Origin: Octopus sinensis
Taxonomy: Eukaryota
Direction of reading: 5' to 3'
Assembly (NCBI RefSeq): GCF_006345805.1
Contig: NC_043001.1
Coordinates: 88,660,001-88,724,000 of the forward strand
DNA length: 64,000 nucleotides
The position numbers and the translations under genes are program-made. The notes under the pieces are model-generated. The model made no database searches. It was given only the letters and a program-made list of their open reading frames with translations, and was not told the DNA's origin. This document shows positions 63,089 to 64,000 of the stretch, in pieces. Position 1 is the stretch's first letter, and each line of letters starts with the position of its first letter.

Positions 63089-64000
63089 CCTATCTTCAGT
63101 AAAACATTAAACATGTTACTTTTCCTGAAGTCCTAAAGATTACAGATTAAACTTAAGTCAACTATTATGTTCTCTCCACATATAGACAGTTTACTGTTCT
63201 ATATGTTTAATTTTCTTTTTAACTTTTTCTTTCTCTCTCATTCCCTTTCTCTTTTGCTTTCTATTTTTAACTACTTTTTTAAATCTTTTTTTCTCTTTGA
63301 AAGTTTGGGACATTAATTATAAATTAACTGTTCTTTAGAAAGATTTTTATCCAACTGGAATTTGCATTCTTTATTTATTATTCTTTTTCCTAACATTATT
63401 CTGTCATATCAATCATTCTTCTATCTTATTTGTTTTATTATTCTATGCAGATAGGTTAAATTAAGAGGTGCTATAACTGTAATGCCAGGGTACCTATACA
63501 TCAAACAGTGAGTGTCTGTCAAAGGTTATGACTTGCACTATAGGATTAATGCAACCCTAACTGTTGTGTTGCTACAGCTGACAGTCTTACTAATTGTCAG
63601 TCTACCAGGGTACCAAGGGTTTTGTTGTGACAATGTCCTTGTATTACCCTGGTTTACCATAGGAATAGGGCTACTTTAGCAAAATGATGTTGAGAATAGA
63701 ACAAATTGTTGATGATGTTAACATGCTATTAGTTACCATCCAATTAACAATTAATTACACTCTCTGGGTACATCACAGACTTCAATACAGGGAAGTCAGA
63801 AATAATTTGAAACTTATGCACTATTCTTCTAGTATAAGGTTAGGAAAGTTGTATGCAGGACTCATGGAGAGTGTAGATTGTTCTTCAAGTTAAAGGTAGC
63901 AAATTAAGTTGTTTTATAAAATAGATCAGATATAAGAATACAGGTTTAATTTTTTTTTTAATTACAAGAGTAGCTGTATAAGAATGAGATTTAGGACTGA

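Noticed and set aside
63455-63484. VKLRGAITVM resembling the CaMKII regulatory segment KLKGAILTTM
   Set aside because: Wrong position (downstream of the linker), stop soon after, no convincing splice context; likely coincidence.

Overview
AT-rich, repeat-dense eukaryotic DNA, most likely an octopod cephalopod. That assignment is inferred from the tRNA-derived SINE families, an RTE LINE carrying a PHD finger, R4/Dong fragments and abundant (AT)n/(AAT)n microsatellites. Most of the window looks like large introns of a + strand calcium/calmodulin-dependent protein kinase II (CaMKII) gene. The anchor is an 84-bp exon at 32745-32828 encoding GRSLVAKKNDGIKESTDSSATLEDEDTK, the conserved core of the CaMKII variable linker. 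I found neither kinase-domain nor hub-domain exons in the window. Around the anchor are further phase-1/phase-1 frame-preserving candidate cassette exons (4930, 18678, 35986, 46681), a possible microexon cluster at 18.7-19.4 kb, and weaker candidates. Intronic repeats include a young 5'-truncated RTE with an open 424-codon RT/PHD frame and several shorter RTE copies sitting in (TA)n arrays. There is also a full-length decayed mariner nested in an older LINE, R4/Dong fragments in (TAA)n, three SINE families, a probable non-autonomous Helitron, MITEs and a ~1.4-kb near-identical tandem duplication. I saw no rRNA, genuine tRNA or CRISPR array. Most ORFs in the supplied track are microsatellite or antisense artefacts. 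All exon calls are by eye and need RNA-seq confirmation.
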